DNA of 64,000 nt. Source: Candidatus Woesearchaeota archaeon. GTDB lineage: Archaea; Nanobdellota; Nanobdellia; Pacearchaeales; GW2011-AR1. The DNA lies in assembly GCA_964527365.1 (NCBI GenBank), contig CAZGQV010000002.1:12212-76211 (forward strand), written 5' to 3'. Below are positions 35,042-44,120 of the stretch, in pieces (positions within the stretch are counted from its first letter, which is position 1; each line of letters begins with the position of its first letter). Below the pieces are notes generated by a model. The model worked only from the letters and a program-made list of their open reading frames with translations, had not been told where the DNA came from and ran no database searches. The position numbers and the translations under genes are program-made.

Positions 35042-35995
35042 TTATTTTCTAAACTCCAAAATCTTTAACTCTTGCCAATAAAGATATCCGTCATGCATAT
35101 TTTTTTCCAAACCTTTTGATTCTAAATATTTCAACCAATCTTTATTATTCATAATATTATTAACTTTCAATGGAACTTTCATTTTATCTAAAACAACTGA
35201 TTTCATCAAGGGTTCTTTATCGAAAACTAAATCTTCAGCTAAACTAGAAACATTCAGAATCAAAACTCCACCATCATTCAAATATTTTTGGCCCTTTTGA
35301 ATTAAATGTCTCATTAATGAAACCCCCTCATAAGGATTGTCATCAATGCTTCCAGGCCTAGGAACATAAGGGGGATTACAAATAATTAAATCAAATTTTT
35401 TGCCCCTGAATTCAGTGTTTTGGGGTACACCAGGCGAGGCACCATTAATTTTTTTCAAAGCATCACCACAATGAACTTGTAACCTTTCATCACCAATATT
35501 ATCTTCAACAGATTTAATTGCATAAGGATTAATATCAATCGCTAAAAAATTATTAATTTCTTTAGATTTTTCTAAAACATATTTTGTCAAAAATCCAGAA
35601 CCACAACCAATTTCAACACCTGTTTTTAAATTTTTATTCTCTTTTAAAAATTTTTTTAAAACTTTAGCAAAAAGCAAAGTGTCAATAGAAGGACACCAAA
35701 CCCCCTTATGTGTATCATCCCAATAAGTACTAACATGATCATACTCAATCAATCGGGGTTTACATTGAAATAAAGAAAATAAAGTATCTCTTAAACCAGG
35801 CTCTAATTTTCCAATTTTATAATTATCCGTCATCAAAACAGGATTTGTAAAAGTATAAATATATTTTTTTGAATTGGAAGGATAAGATGAGACTCTTTTA
35901 CCCCCAACAAAATCCATTCCCATTATGTTGGAGAGTTCCATTCCATTTGCCCAAATTTCTTCTTTTCCCAAATCTTCTGAAATTTTAATTATCAT
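35042..35995 (-). CDS. class I SAM-dependent methyltransferase, NPPY-type (PrmC/Mtq2-like) with ~100-aa N-terminal extension
   Basis: 'VWCPSIDTLLF', 'VEIGCGSGFLT' and 'LIICNPPYVP'. Confidence 0.65.
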   Translation of the reverse strand: MIIKISEDLGKEEIWANGMELSNIMGMDFVGGKRVSSYPSNSKKYIYTFTNPVLMTDNYKIGKLEPGLRDTLFSLFQCKPRLIEYDHVSTYWDDTHKGVWCPSIDTLLFAKVLKKFLKENKNLKTGVEIGCGSGFLTKYVLEKSKEINNFLAIDINPYAIKSVEDNIGDERLQVHCGDALKKINGASPGVPQNTEFRGKKFDLIICNPPYVPRPGSIDDNPYEGVSLMRHLIQKGQKYLNDGGVLILNVSSLAEDLVFDKEPLMKSVVLDKMKVPLKVNNIMNNKDWLKYLESKGLEKNMHDGYLYWQELKILEFRK

Positions 35996-36019
35996 AAGAA
36001 CACCACAAAATTCAATTTA

Positions 36020-36805
36020 TTAAATCTTTTCTAAAACTTCTAAAGGAAAATCAGAAATTTTTAATTTAACTTTATCCCCTTCATTAAAATTATAAGTAAC
36101 ATTAGAATCAAGAGCAATGATCCCCCCATAGCACCGTTTTGAATCAAAACTAATAGTCTCTTCTTTCAATATTTCGCCTTCCAACAATTTTGGTTCAAAT
36201 AACCTACTAACAAAAGGTTCCCTCACCAAAAATTTTAATTTATTTTCATTAAAACCGAAACTTTTTCCTCCAGCAGATTTATACCAAACATTGCTTCCAG
36301 AACCCGTACTAATTAGTGCGCCAGAACTCCTATGTTCTTCTTTTCCTTCCTTAAAATTTATTACATACCTTGAAGTATGAAATTGATTTTTTGTTCCAAC
36401 ATAAACTTCATTCAATGCCCTTTCCAAAATAAGTTTTCCATTCAAAAAAATATCAATTCTATTTCTAAAAATGGATTTATATTTTCCTTCCAAAATTTTT
36501 CCAGAATCTTCAAAATTTTCTTCATCCAAACTACAAAGTCCACCTTCGCTTGTTTCACTATCAGAATTAATTCCCAAAATAGGCAAATCTTTCAAATAAT
36601 GTGAAACCCTAATAAAAGTTCCACCCCCCCCAAAAGAAATCACTAAATCATAAATAGAAAAATCCAAATTAGATAAATTTCCAACAGAGATATAATTTAT
36701 ATCAAAACCTTTTTCATTAAAATAATCCTGAATTTTTAAATAAAAATTAACATGATTCAAACTTTCTTTTTCAGAATAAACAAATAAAATTTTCTTAAAT
36801 TTCAT
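36020..36805 (-). CDS. NAD kinase-like protein
   Basis: 'DLVISFGGGGTFIRV' (GGDGT-motif position), 'NEVYVG' and 'LISTGSGSNVWYKSAGG'. The start is set at ATG 36805; the track start is TTG. Confidence 0.7.
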   Translation of the reverse strand: MKFKKILFVYSEKESLNHVNFYLKIQDYFNEKGFDINYISVGNLSNLDFSIYDLVISFGGGGTFIRVSHYLKDLPILGINSDSETSEGGLCSLDEENFEDSGKILEGKYKSIFRNRIDIFLNGKLILERALNEVYVGTKNQFHTSRYVINFKEGKEEHRSSGALISTGSGSNVWYKSAGGKSFGFNENKLKFLVREPFVSRLFEPKLLEGEILKEETISFDSKRCYGGIIALDSNVTYNFNEGDKVKLKISDFPLEVLEKI

Positions 36806-36889
36806 AAAATTATATAGCAATATAATTTATATTTGTTCCTACCTAAACTAACCCGAAACCTTTAAAAACAAAATCTTATTCCAATTCCT

Positions 36890-37006
36890 ATGAAAAGAAG
36901 TTCTAGACGTTGGAAAAAGAAAGGCCAAATGAGATGGAAATGGCAAAGAAAGAAACTTAGAAAAGAAAAACATAAGCGTAAGCTAAAGAGAGCAAGAAGT
37001 AGATAA
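36890..37006 (+). CDS. rpl41e: ribosomal protein L41e (38 aa)
   Basis: Own translation: MKRSSRRWKKKGQMRWKWQRKKLRKEKHKRKLKRARSR. The 'KRSSRRWKKKG.MRWKW' signature matches archaeal L41e as I recall it. A CTTTAAAAAC box lies about 30 nt upstream. Not in the ORF track. Confidence 0.78.
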   Translation: MKRSSRRWKKKGQMRWKWQRKKLRKEKHKRKLKRARSR

Positions 37007-37061
37007 CATTTAAACACTTGATTCTATAAATATTTATAAAAACTGTACCAATTAATATTTC

Positions 37062-37352
37062 ATGGTAGAAATTTGGTACGAATTATGTGATCCAAATAAT
37101 GGTCAACCTATTTGTTATCTAAAAAATAAATCAGATATTTATAATCTAAAAAATAATACATTAAGATATTCATCAATTGAAACATTAAAAGATGAACCAA
37201 ATCATTTAGAATTTATTGTGAAAGATGATGGAAAAATTAAAGGGTCATTTGAATTTGAACTCCACGCAATGAAATACAATCTTGAAAAACTAAATGGAAA
37301 AGGAGAAATTCATCCAAATCTTCAAACGGGACAATTAAAACTAGATCTTTAA
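37062..37352 (+). CDS. hypothetical protein
   Basis: 96-aa ORF with a TATA-like box upstream. No family recognised. Confidence 0.4.
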   Translation: MVEIWYELCDPNNGQPICYLKNKSDIYNLKNNTLRYSSIETLKDEPNHLEFIVKDDGKIKGSFEFELHAMKYNLEKLNGKGEIHPNLQTGQLKLDL

Positions 37353-37398
37353 AACATATATTCTAATATCTATTTTGTAAAATATTTTATATTTAAAT

Positions 37399-38250
37399 AT
37401 GAAAGACATTTTTAACTTTATGGAAGAAAGAGAAAACCAATGTGAAATTGCAGAATACAAATCCAAATCTGCCTCAAAAATAGAAAAATTAACTGGAAGA
37501 ATTTCTTTTACCCAAATTGATAAATTAAGTGGGAAAAATTACATACATTATTGTACTTTTCAAGCACATCCAGGAACAATTGGTCAACAAATATTATATG
37601 AAAAGGAATGTTTGAATGGTTGTTCATATTACAAGAGATTTATTGAAGAAGATATAACTAAAAAACATACCTCAGACAACACTTTCAAAGAAAGAGGTCC
37701 CCCAAAAAAAGATAATCGACCATTAAAACCTCAAACTTCAAGAAAAAAGAAAAAAATAAATTATTATTGTCCAGATGAATTAGAGAGAGCGCTGATATCA
37801 ATGCGTCCAAAATTCAAATCTGGAATTAACCCTTATGTTCCAAAACCAAAAGAAAAGAAAAAAATAAAAAAACACATTCAACAAAAAATTTTAAGAGAAA
37901 ATCAAAAAAGAAATTTTAAATTAGAAGAAATTTCTAATGATCCAACAATTATTGGATTGCCCAAAGTAGAATTAATGGAATTTAATTATAATCCCCAACA
38001 AAACAAAATTCCACAATATGATTTATTATTTGAAAATCAAAATGAAATATTTATTTTTGCATTAAGAAGCAATTCATATTCAAAAACAAAATCAAGAATA
38101 ACTCTTAAAACATTATTAACTCGAGAAATAGGAGAATTTGCCAAAAAATATCCAGATAAAACTATTCATGCCCTATTTGGAAATAAAGAAAAAATTACTA
38201 AAAAAAAGAAAGGAACAAGTTGGAATACTACCTTATTTAAAGAAAAATGA
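37399..38250 (+). CDS. hypothetical basic protein; C-terminal domain paralogous to the next gene (degenerate PD-(D/E)XK-like)
   Basis: 'NDPTIIGLPKVELMEFNYNPQQNKIPQYDLLFENQNEIFIFALRSNSYSKTKSRITLKTLL' aligns with 'KDPPIIGVYEKVVPEMELETQKNGEYGEIDLILKGEKITYLIEYKGTNRNGNKKDAKKQLL' of the next ORF. Confidence 0.5.
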   Translation: MKDIFNFMEERENQCEIAEYKSKSASKIEKLTGRISFTQIDKLSGKNYIHYCTFQAHPGTIGQQILYEKECLNGCSYYKRFIEEDITKKHTSDNTFKERGPPKKDNRPLKPQTSRKKKKINYYCPDELERALISMRPKFKSGINPYVPKPKEKKKIKKHIQQKILRENQKRNFKLEEISNDPTIIGLPKVELMEFNYNPQQNKIPQYDLLFENQNEIFIFALRSNSYSKTKSRITLKTLLTREIGEFAKKYPDKTIHALFGNKEKITKKKKGTSWNTTLFKEK

Positions 38251-38723
38251 AAATCCCAAGAAAAGCAAATCTAAAATATTATCCCTATCTTGTTGAAAAA
38301 ATATTATTTGAAAATACACAAATTGGTAAATTCAAAAAAAGATCAAAAAGAATTGGCTCACATCAGGCAGCACAAATAACACATCACAAAGCATTAGAAA
38401 CAATAAGTAAAGACCCCCCAATAATTGGAGTATATGAAAAAGTAGTTCCAGAAATGGAATTAGAAACTCAAAAAAACGGAGAATATGGAGAAATTGATTT
38501 AATCCTAAAAGGAGAAAAAATCACATACTTAATTGAATACAAAGGAACAAATAGGAATGGAAATAAAAAAGATGCAAAAAAACAACTTTTACGAGCAAAA
38601 AAACATTTGCCCGAAAAATTCCAAAATAACATAACAAAATTACTCTATGTTCACGAAGAATTCATAACAGAAGAATTACAAAAAAATAACTGGATTCCAT
38701 TCAATTATACTCCCGCCAAATAA
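38247..38723 (+). CDS. PD-(D/E)XK nuclease-like protein (hypothetical)
   Basis: 'GEIDLIL...YLIEYKG' fits a D...ExK restriction-endonuclease-fold motif. An ATGA start/stop overlap links it to the upstream paralog. Confidence 0.5.
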   Translation: MKIPRKANLKYYPYLVEKILFENTQIGKFKKRSKRIGSHQAAQITHHKALETISKDPPIIGVYEKVVPEMELETQKNGEYGEIDLILKGEKITYLIEYKGTNRNGNKKDAKKQLLRAKKHLPEKFQNNITKLLYVHEEFITEELQKNNWIPFNYTPAK

Positions 38724-38762
38724 CAAAACAATCTTTATAAAAAAGAAACTATTCAAATTACA

Positions 38763-39722
38763 ATGACAAGCGAAATATGGACAGAAAGATACAGACCACA
38801 AATTTATGATGACTTAGCAGGGCAAGAAGAAATCTTGAAAAGAATTAAAGGTTTAACAAATTCCATGAATATTCCTCACCTATTATTTGCGGGACCAGCT
38901 GGAACAGGAAAATCAACTTTGGCATTAATTGTGGTGAAAGAACTTTTTGGAAAAACTTGGAAAGACAATTATTTAGAGTTGAATGCAAGTGATGAAAGGG
39001 GAATAAACATTGTAAGAGAAAAAGTAAAAAACTTCGCAAGAACAAAATCCTTGGGAAACGCTCCATTCAAAGTAATATTTTTGGATGAAGCCGATGCACT
39101 AACACCAGAAGCGCAACAAGCACTCCGAAGAACAATGGAAAATTATGCAGCTACTTGCAGATTCATCCTCTCTTGTAATTATTCAAGTAAAATCATCGAC
39201 CCAATACAATCAAGATGTGCAGCTTTCAGATTTAAATTATTAGAAAAGAAAGATGTTGAAAAAGTAATGAAAAAAATTGCAGAAAGTGAAAAATTAGAAA
39301 TAGAAGATGAAGCAATTACAGCAATTTACGAAGGCAGTGAAGGAGATTGTAGGAGATGTGTAAACTTAATGCAGTCAACCGCGGCAGTTTCCCCAAAAAT
39401 AACAAAAGAATTAGTTTCAACAATTATTTCTGAAGCAAAACCAAAAGACATCAAAATTGTTTTAGAATATGCTCTTGCTGGAGACTTTGAAGGTGCAAGA
39501 GAAAAACTCCTAAATGTGATGCTAAAAGATGCCGTATCTGGTCAAGATGTGATAAAAACGATTCAAAAAGAAATATGGAACCTAACAATTGAACCAGAAA
39601 TTAAAGTTAAATTAACAGAAAAAACCGGGGAAACGGAATTTAGAATAGTTGAAGGATCTGATCCTTTCATCCAACTACAAGCATTAATTGCAAGTTTCGT
39701 ATTAGCTGGTTTAGGAAAATAA
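38763..39722 (+). CDS. rfcS: replication factor C small subunit
   Basis: 'WTERYRPQ', 'GPAGTGKST', 'IFLDEADALT', 'SRCAAFRF'. No intein. Confidence 0.95.
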   Translation: MTSEIWTERYRPQIYDDLAGQEEILKRIKGLTNSMNIPHLLFAGPAGTGKSTLALIVVKELFGKTWKDNYLELNASDERGINIVREKVKNFARTKSLGNAPFKVIFLDEADALTPEAQQALRRTMENYAATCRFILSCNYSSKIIDPIQSRCAAFRFKLLEKKDVEKVMKKIAESEKLEIEDEAITAIYEGSEGDCRRCVNLMQSTAAVSPKITKELVSTIISEAKPKDIKIVLEYALAGDFEGAREKLLNVMLKDAVSGQDVIKTIQKEIWNLTIEPEIKVKLTEKTGETEFRIVEGSDPFIQLQALIASFVLAGLGK

Positions 39723-39736
39723 TTCTCACAAATAAA

Positions 39737-40918
39737 ATGAAAAACTGGGTAGAAAAATACAGACCAAAAAAATTTGAAGAAATCTTAGGACAAGACAAAG
39801 TAATTGAAAGAGTAAAAGAATTTTCAATTAACTTTCCAGAAAAAAAGAAAGCAATTTTATTGAATGGAAAACCAGGAATTGGAAAAACAACAATAGTTCA
39901 AGTGTTGGCAAATGAAAGCAATTCAGAAATCTTTGAACTTAATGCTTCAGACCTTCGAAATAAATCTTCATTGAATGAAAAATTAAAACCAGTATTGCAA
40001 CAAAAATCACTATTTGAAAAAAACAAATTAATATTGGTTGATGAAGTTGATGGACTCTCAGGAATGCAAGATCGTGGAGGGGTTAGTGAATTAATTGCCT
40101 TAATTGAAAAAACCCCTTACCCGATAATTTGTACGGCAAATAATGCTTGGTTAAAAAAACTCTCTCCCCTAAGAAAAAAAGTAGAACTTGTTGAATTAGA
40201 AGAAATATCCCCTTCTATAATAAAAACACTTTTAAAAAAAATATTAGAAAAAGAAGAAAAAGAAGTAACTCCAAATGTTTTGAATAATATTACAATAAAA
40301 GCAAAAGGAGATTTAAGGTCAGCAATAAATGATTTGGAAGCTGCTTCAGCACTTGAAAAACCTGAAGAAATAGAAATTTCTGAAAGGGGAGCAAAAATAA
40401 ACATTTTCGAAGGATTAAGGCATATTTTTCAAGATAAAGTAAATAAAGAAATGTTGTCCACCTTCGACAAGGTTGACCTACCAATTGATGAAATAATCCT
40501 CTGGATGGAAGAAAACATTCCTAAAGTATACAATGGTCAAGAATTGGTAAAAGCCTATGAACGGCTTGCAAAAGTGGATTTATTCAAAGGTCGAATTTAC
40601 AAACAACAATATTGGAGATTTTTAGTTTATGAAAATGCATTCTTAAGTTATGGGATTTCCGAAGCAAAAGGAGACACAGAAAAGAAAGGATTTTACAAAT
40701 ATCAAAGGCCAGGAAGAATATTAAAAATTTGGTTAAATAATATTAAACATGCAAAAAGAAAAACAATCGCTATTAAATACGCAGCCAAAACACATGTTGG
40801 ACAAAAAAGGATTTTGGCTGAATGGAAAACAATTTCTCCGATATTAAAAAATCCCAAATTACAACAAGAACTTAAACTTGATGAAGATGAAATTAATTAT
40901 ATTATGAAATATCCTTAA
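39737..40918 (+). CDS. rfcL: replication factor C large subunit
   Basis: 'WVEKYRPKKFEEILGQ', 'GKPGIGKTT', 'LVDEVDGL' and 'GDLRSAINDLE'. Confidence 0.9.
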   Translation: MKNWVEKYRPKKFEEILGQDKVIERVKEFSINFPEKKKAILLNGKPGIGKTTIVQVLANESNSEIFELNASDLRNKSSLNEKLKPVLQQKSLFEKNKLILVDEVDGLSGMQDRGGVSELIALIEKTPYPIICTANNAWLKKLSPLRKKVELVELEEISPSIIKTLLKKILEKEEKEVTPNVLNNITIKAKGDLRSAINDLEAASALEKPEEIEISERGAKINIFEGLRHIFQDKVNKEMLSTFDKVDLPIDEIILWMEENIPKVYNGQELVKAYERLAKVDLFKGRIYKQQYWRFLVYENAFLSYGISEAKGDTEKKGFYKYQRPGRILKIWLNNIKHAKRKTIAIKYAAKTHVGQKRILAEWKTISPILKNPKLQQELKLDEDEINYIMKYP

Positions 40919-40972
40919 TTATTAAATGGTAACAAATAACAAATTTTATAAACATAAAAAATATTTTATTTT

Positions 40973-41215
40973 ATGGTAAAAACAGAAGACCATCATACAC
41001 ATTATTTTATAGGAACAAATTACACAATAGATAAGGAAGATATTTATGTTAAAGGTATCAGAACTGTTGGAGGAATCATAAATCAATTGGAAAAAATAAT
41101 AGAAAATTTAGGTTCAGATAAATCAGAAGAAGTTCTAGAATTTGATGCCAACATAAGTTACGTATTAAAAGAAGGAATCATGCAACCAGGAACTTCTGAA
41201 AAGAAAAACCTTTAA
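40973..41215 (+). CDS. hypothetical protein
   Basis: 80-aa ORF. No family recognised. Confidence 0.35.
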   Translation: MVKTEDHHTHYFIGTNYTIDKEDIYVKGIRTVGGIINQLEKIIENLGSDKSEEVLEFDANISYVLKEGIMQPGTSEKKNL

Positions 41216-41250
41216 TTCTCCCCCAATTTTGGAATATTTTTTGCCCCAAT

Positions 41251-41271
41251 AAACATTTTTCCAAAATGTTT
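41251..41271. repeat. 9-bp-stem inverted repeat (possible terminator hairpin between convergent genes)
   Basis: aaacatttt-tcc-aaaatgttt, seen directly. Confidence 0.3.
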
Positions 41272-41375
41272 CAGGGTACACTCATAGTGGAAGATAAAAT
41301 CTAAGATTTCATTTTACAGAATAACATCACTACTTAAAAAATTAAATCTTTGTATTCTAACCAAAATTAAAAAAA

Positions 41376-42362
41376 TTAACCACAACTAGCAGTTGAACCA
41401 GCCGAAGTCGTATCATACCCAAATCCTGGACTATAAGATGTTGAAGACAATGCAATTTCACATTCTTCTGGAGCCTCATTAAATCCTCCACAAATTGCGT
41501 CCAAATAAGCTGCAGGATCTCTTCCAGATTGAACAACCACCCCATTAACAACTAAAGTTGGACTTCCTTTAACACCATAATCTTGATTCAATTGTTTATC
41601 TATGTCAAACATCGGGAACCTTCCACTTAACCAACTAGATTCATCTTCAAGATTAACAGTAATATCAAATTCTGTATCTGCAGCTTCAGTACAAGCAGTT
41701 AATTTATTTTCATCAATACCTACTTCAGCAATACAAGCAGAACGATTTCCTTCTTGTAAAAAACAAGTCAAATAATCAATTAATTTGTCTTCTTGTTCCT
41801 TCTGAATACAATATTCATTTAATTGTTCTTCAACTTCTCCTTGCGTTGGATGCATTGCATAATATACAAATCTTAAATTAAAATCAACTGTGTCTCCCAA
41901 AGCATTCAAAGCGGGAATAATCCCTTTTTCAGCCATAGTTCCATATGGACAATAACTCATAATAAATAATTCAACAACTGGTTTATCTGATTTGGGAACA
42001 TTAGAGGAAGTCAGTGTTGTTTCGATTACTTCGGGTTCTGTCTCTTCAGGCCCAATAGGAGCAACAATTTGAACAAAATATTTTCCATCTTGAGTAATAT
42101 GGGCAGGAACTTCTTTTCCATCAGCCAAAACAGTCACTTGATATAAACTAGGACCAAAAGAATCTATTGAAACATATTCAATTTGAGGTCCCCCTTGTGA
42201 ATTAATAAAATTTACAAATTCTTGTCCTGCCTTCTCTGAAGGAATGAACCCACTAAAAAAAGAACTAAAAATTAAGACTATTGCAACAACTCCTAAAACC
42301 AAAGTTGAGACAATCCAAGGATTTTCTTTAAATTTATCTCCAATAGTTTTTTCCTTTGCCAT
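41376..42362 (-). CDS. membrane-anchored thioredoxin-fold (DsbA-like) protein
   Basis: N-terminal TM; 'FIMSYCPYGTMAE' at the active-site position, with CPYG (a single Cys) instead of CxxC; 'GSPTLVVNG' near the C-terminus; several additional Cys. Confidence 0.55.
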   Translation of the reverse strand: MAKEKTIGDKFKENPWIVSTLVLGVVAIVLIFSSFFSGFIPSEKAGQEFVNFINSQGGPQIEYVSIDSFGPSLYQVTVLADGKEVPAHITQDGKYFVQIVAPIGPEETEPEVIETTLTSSNVPKSDKPVVELFIMSYCPYGTMAEKGIIPALNALGDTVDFNLRFVYYAMHPTQGEVEEQLNEYCIQKEQEDKLIDYLTCFLQEGNRSACIAEVGIDENKLTACTEAADTEFDITVNLEDESSWLSGRFPMFDIDKQLNQDYGVKGSPTLVVNGVVVQSGRDPAAYLDAICGGFNEAPEECEIALSSTSYSPGFGYDTTSAGSTASCG

Positions 42363-42418
42363 GAATCAATAAAATAAAGATTCATTTATAAAAGTTTCTA
42401 GAAAAAGAAAAAAATAAC

Positions 42419-42498
42419 TGCAGGAACCTCTGGGGGAAAATCTACTTTGAAATCAATTCGTTTAATAAAAGAAAAGACAACAAAGTTGTTCCTGCAGA
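42419..42498. promoter_or_regulatory. 10-bp perfect inverted repeat CTGCAGGAAC / GTTCCTGCAG, 60-nt AT-rich spacer; left arm followed by CTCTGGGGG
   Basis: Seen directly, in the 293-bp divergent intergenic region. A 6-bp inner extension (actttg 42445-50 / caaagt 42482-87) and CCCCACCCC at 42519-27 accompany it. Confidence 0.35.
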
Positions 42499-42655
42499 AA
42501 ATGAATTAGAGCCTACTCCCCACCCCTTAAAAATCATATTAAAATAAACAAAATCTTTTATTTATTATTAATTTTAGAAATAGGATAAAAATCACCAAAA
42601 TTTTCCAAGAAAAAGATATCCAAACTATTAAAAATATCGAAGAATTATTTATCTT

Positions 42656-43969
42656 ATGGCATACGACATAGTAGTGGGAAGGGGAGAAAGTGATAAAAAA
42701 GCTCTTGGAAACAAAGGGTTAATTTTTCTTGGAAAAGGATATGTAAAAATGGGACAATACAATTCCTTATCAAATAATCTTTATTTGGACGTGGCAAGAA
42801 GCCATGTTATATTAATTGCGGGAAAAAGAGGATCAGGTAAATCATACACTCTTGGAGTTATGACTGAAGAAATTTCAAATCTCCCTTCAGAAGTAAGTCA
42901 AAATATTGCTTCATTAATTTTCGACACAATGGGAATTTATTGGACAATGAAATACCCCAATGAAAAAGATAAAGATTTGCTTAAAGAATGGAACTTAAAA
43001 CCAAAAAATCTCCCAGTAAAAATATTTGTTCCCTTCGGGTATTATGATAGTTTTATAGAAAAGGGTATACCTATTGATGAAAAATTTGCTCTAAGTGTTA
43101 CAGAATTAAACCCAGAAGATTGGACAATTACTTTCGGACTTGAAATGATAAATCCTGTTTCAATTTTGATTGAAAGAACCATCCATAGATTAAAACAAGA
43201 AAAAGATTATTTCACAATAAAAGATATTATTGAAGAGGTAAATAAAGATAAAAGAAGTGAAAAAGAAACAATTAACGCAGCAAGTGGTTTATTTGAAGCT
43301 GCTGATACTTGGGGTGTATTTGCAAAAGGAGATATGAAACCAACAAAAATTAAAGAAATAATTACAGGGGGGTTAACTTCAGTTTTAGATTTGAGTGTTT
43401 ACAATTCAATTGGGGTATTTAATGTTAGGGCACTTGTAATAAGTTTACTTTCAAGAAAACTATTTCAAGAAAGAATGATGGCAAGAAAAGATGAAGAAAT
43501 CCAAGCAGTTTCTAAGGGATTAGATTATTTTTCTGCAACTGAAAAAAAGAAAACTCCCCTAGTTTGGATATTTATAGACGAAGCCCATGAATTTTTACCA
43601 TTAAATGAAAAAATAATTTCAACTGATGCATTAGTTCAAATATTGAGGGAGGGGCGTCAACCAGGAATTTCGTTAGTTTTAGCAACACAACAACCCGGAA
43701 AAATCCACACTGATGTGATGACTCAGTCAGATATTGTTTTAGCCCATAGAGTAACATCAAAACCAGACGTTGATGCATTAAACCACATGATGCAAAGCTA
43801 TCTAACAACCACCATTCAAGGATTCATGAATGACTTGCCTTCACTAAAAGGTTCAGCAATAATTTTAGACGATAATTCGGAAAGAATTTATCCTATGAGA
43901 ATGAGGCCGAGGTTTACTTGGCATGGGGGCCAAGCTCCAACAGCAGTTGACATCAAAAAAGAACTCTAA
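42656..43969 (+). CDS. HerA/FtsK-like P-loop ATPase (DUF87-type)
   Basis: Walker A 'IAGKRGSGKSYT', Walker B 'VWIFIDEAHEF' and 'LVLATQQPGKI...DIVLAHRVT'. Confidence 0.72.
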   Translation: MAYDIVVGRGESDKKALGNKGLIFLGKGYVKMGQYNSLSNNLYLDVARSHVILIAGKRGSGKSYTLGVMTEEISNLPSEVSQNIASLIFDTMGIYWTMKYPNEKDKDLLKEWNLKPKNLPVKIFVPFGYYDSFIEKGIPIDEKFALSVTELNPEDWTITFGLEMINPVSILIERTIHRLKQEKDYFTIKDIIEEVNKDKRSEKETINAASGLFEAADTWGVFAKGDMKPTKIKEIITGGLTSVLDLSVYNSIGVFNVRALVISLLSRKLFQERMMARKDEEIQAVSKGLDYFSATEKKKTPLVWIFIDEAHEFLPLNEKIISTDALVQILREGRQPGISLVLATQQPGKIHTDVMTQSDIVLAHRVTSKPDVDALNHMMQSYLTTTIQGFMNDLPSLKGSAIILDDNSERIYPMRMRPRFTWHGGQAPTAVDIKKEL

Positions 43970-44120
43970 AATGGATTACAAAATATTTCACGAAAATGAT
44001 TATCTTGCAAAAGGAATTTACCAAAATAAAAATACTCCAAAAAAGTATTTGAAATTAGATTTTGATGAACTTGAAAGTTTATTAGATATTCAAATGCACC
44101 TATATGAAAAAAGTAAACTT

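Noticed and set aside
41357-41551. 64-aa minus-strand ORF overlapping the 3' part of the thioredoxin-fold gene
   Set aside because: It is an alternative frame inside a longer, better supported ORF on the same strand.
42419-42527. Known riboswitch or other Rfam-type element upstream of the HerA-like gene
   Set aside because: I recognise no riboswitch consensus, and the downstream gene is not a typical riboswitch target. I kept the region as an unexplained structure/ORB-like finding instead.
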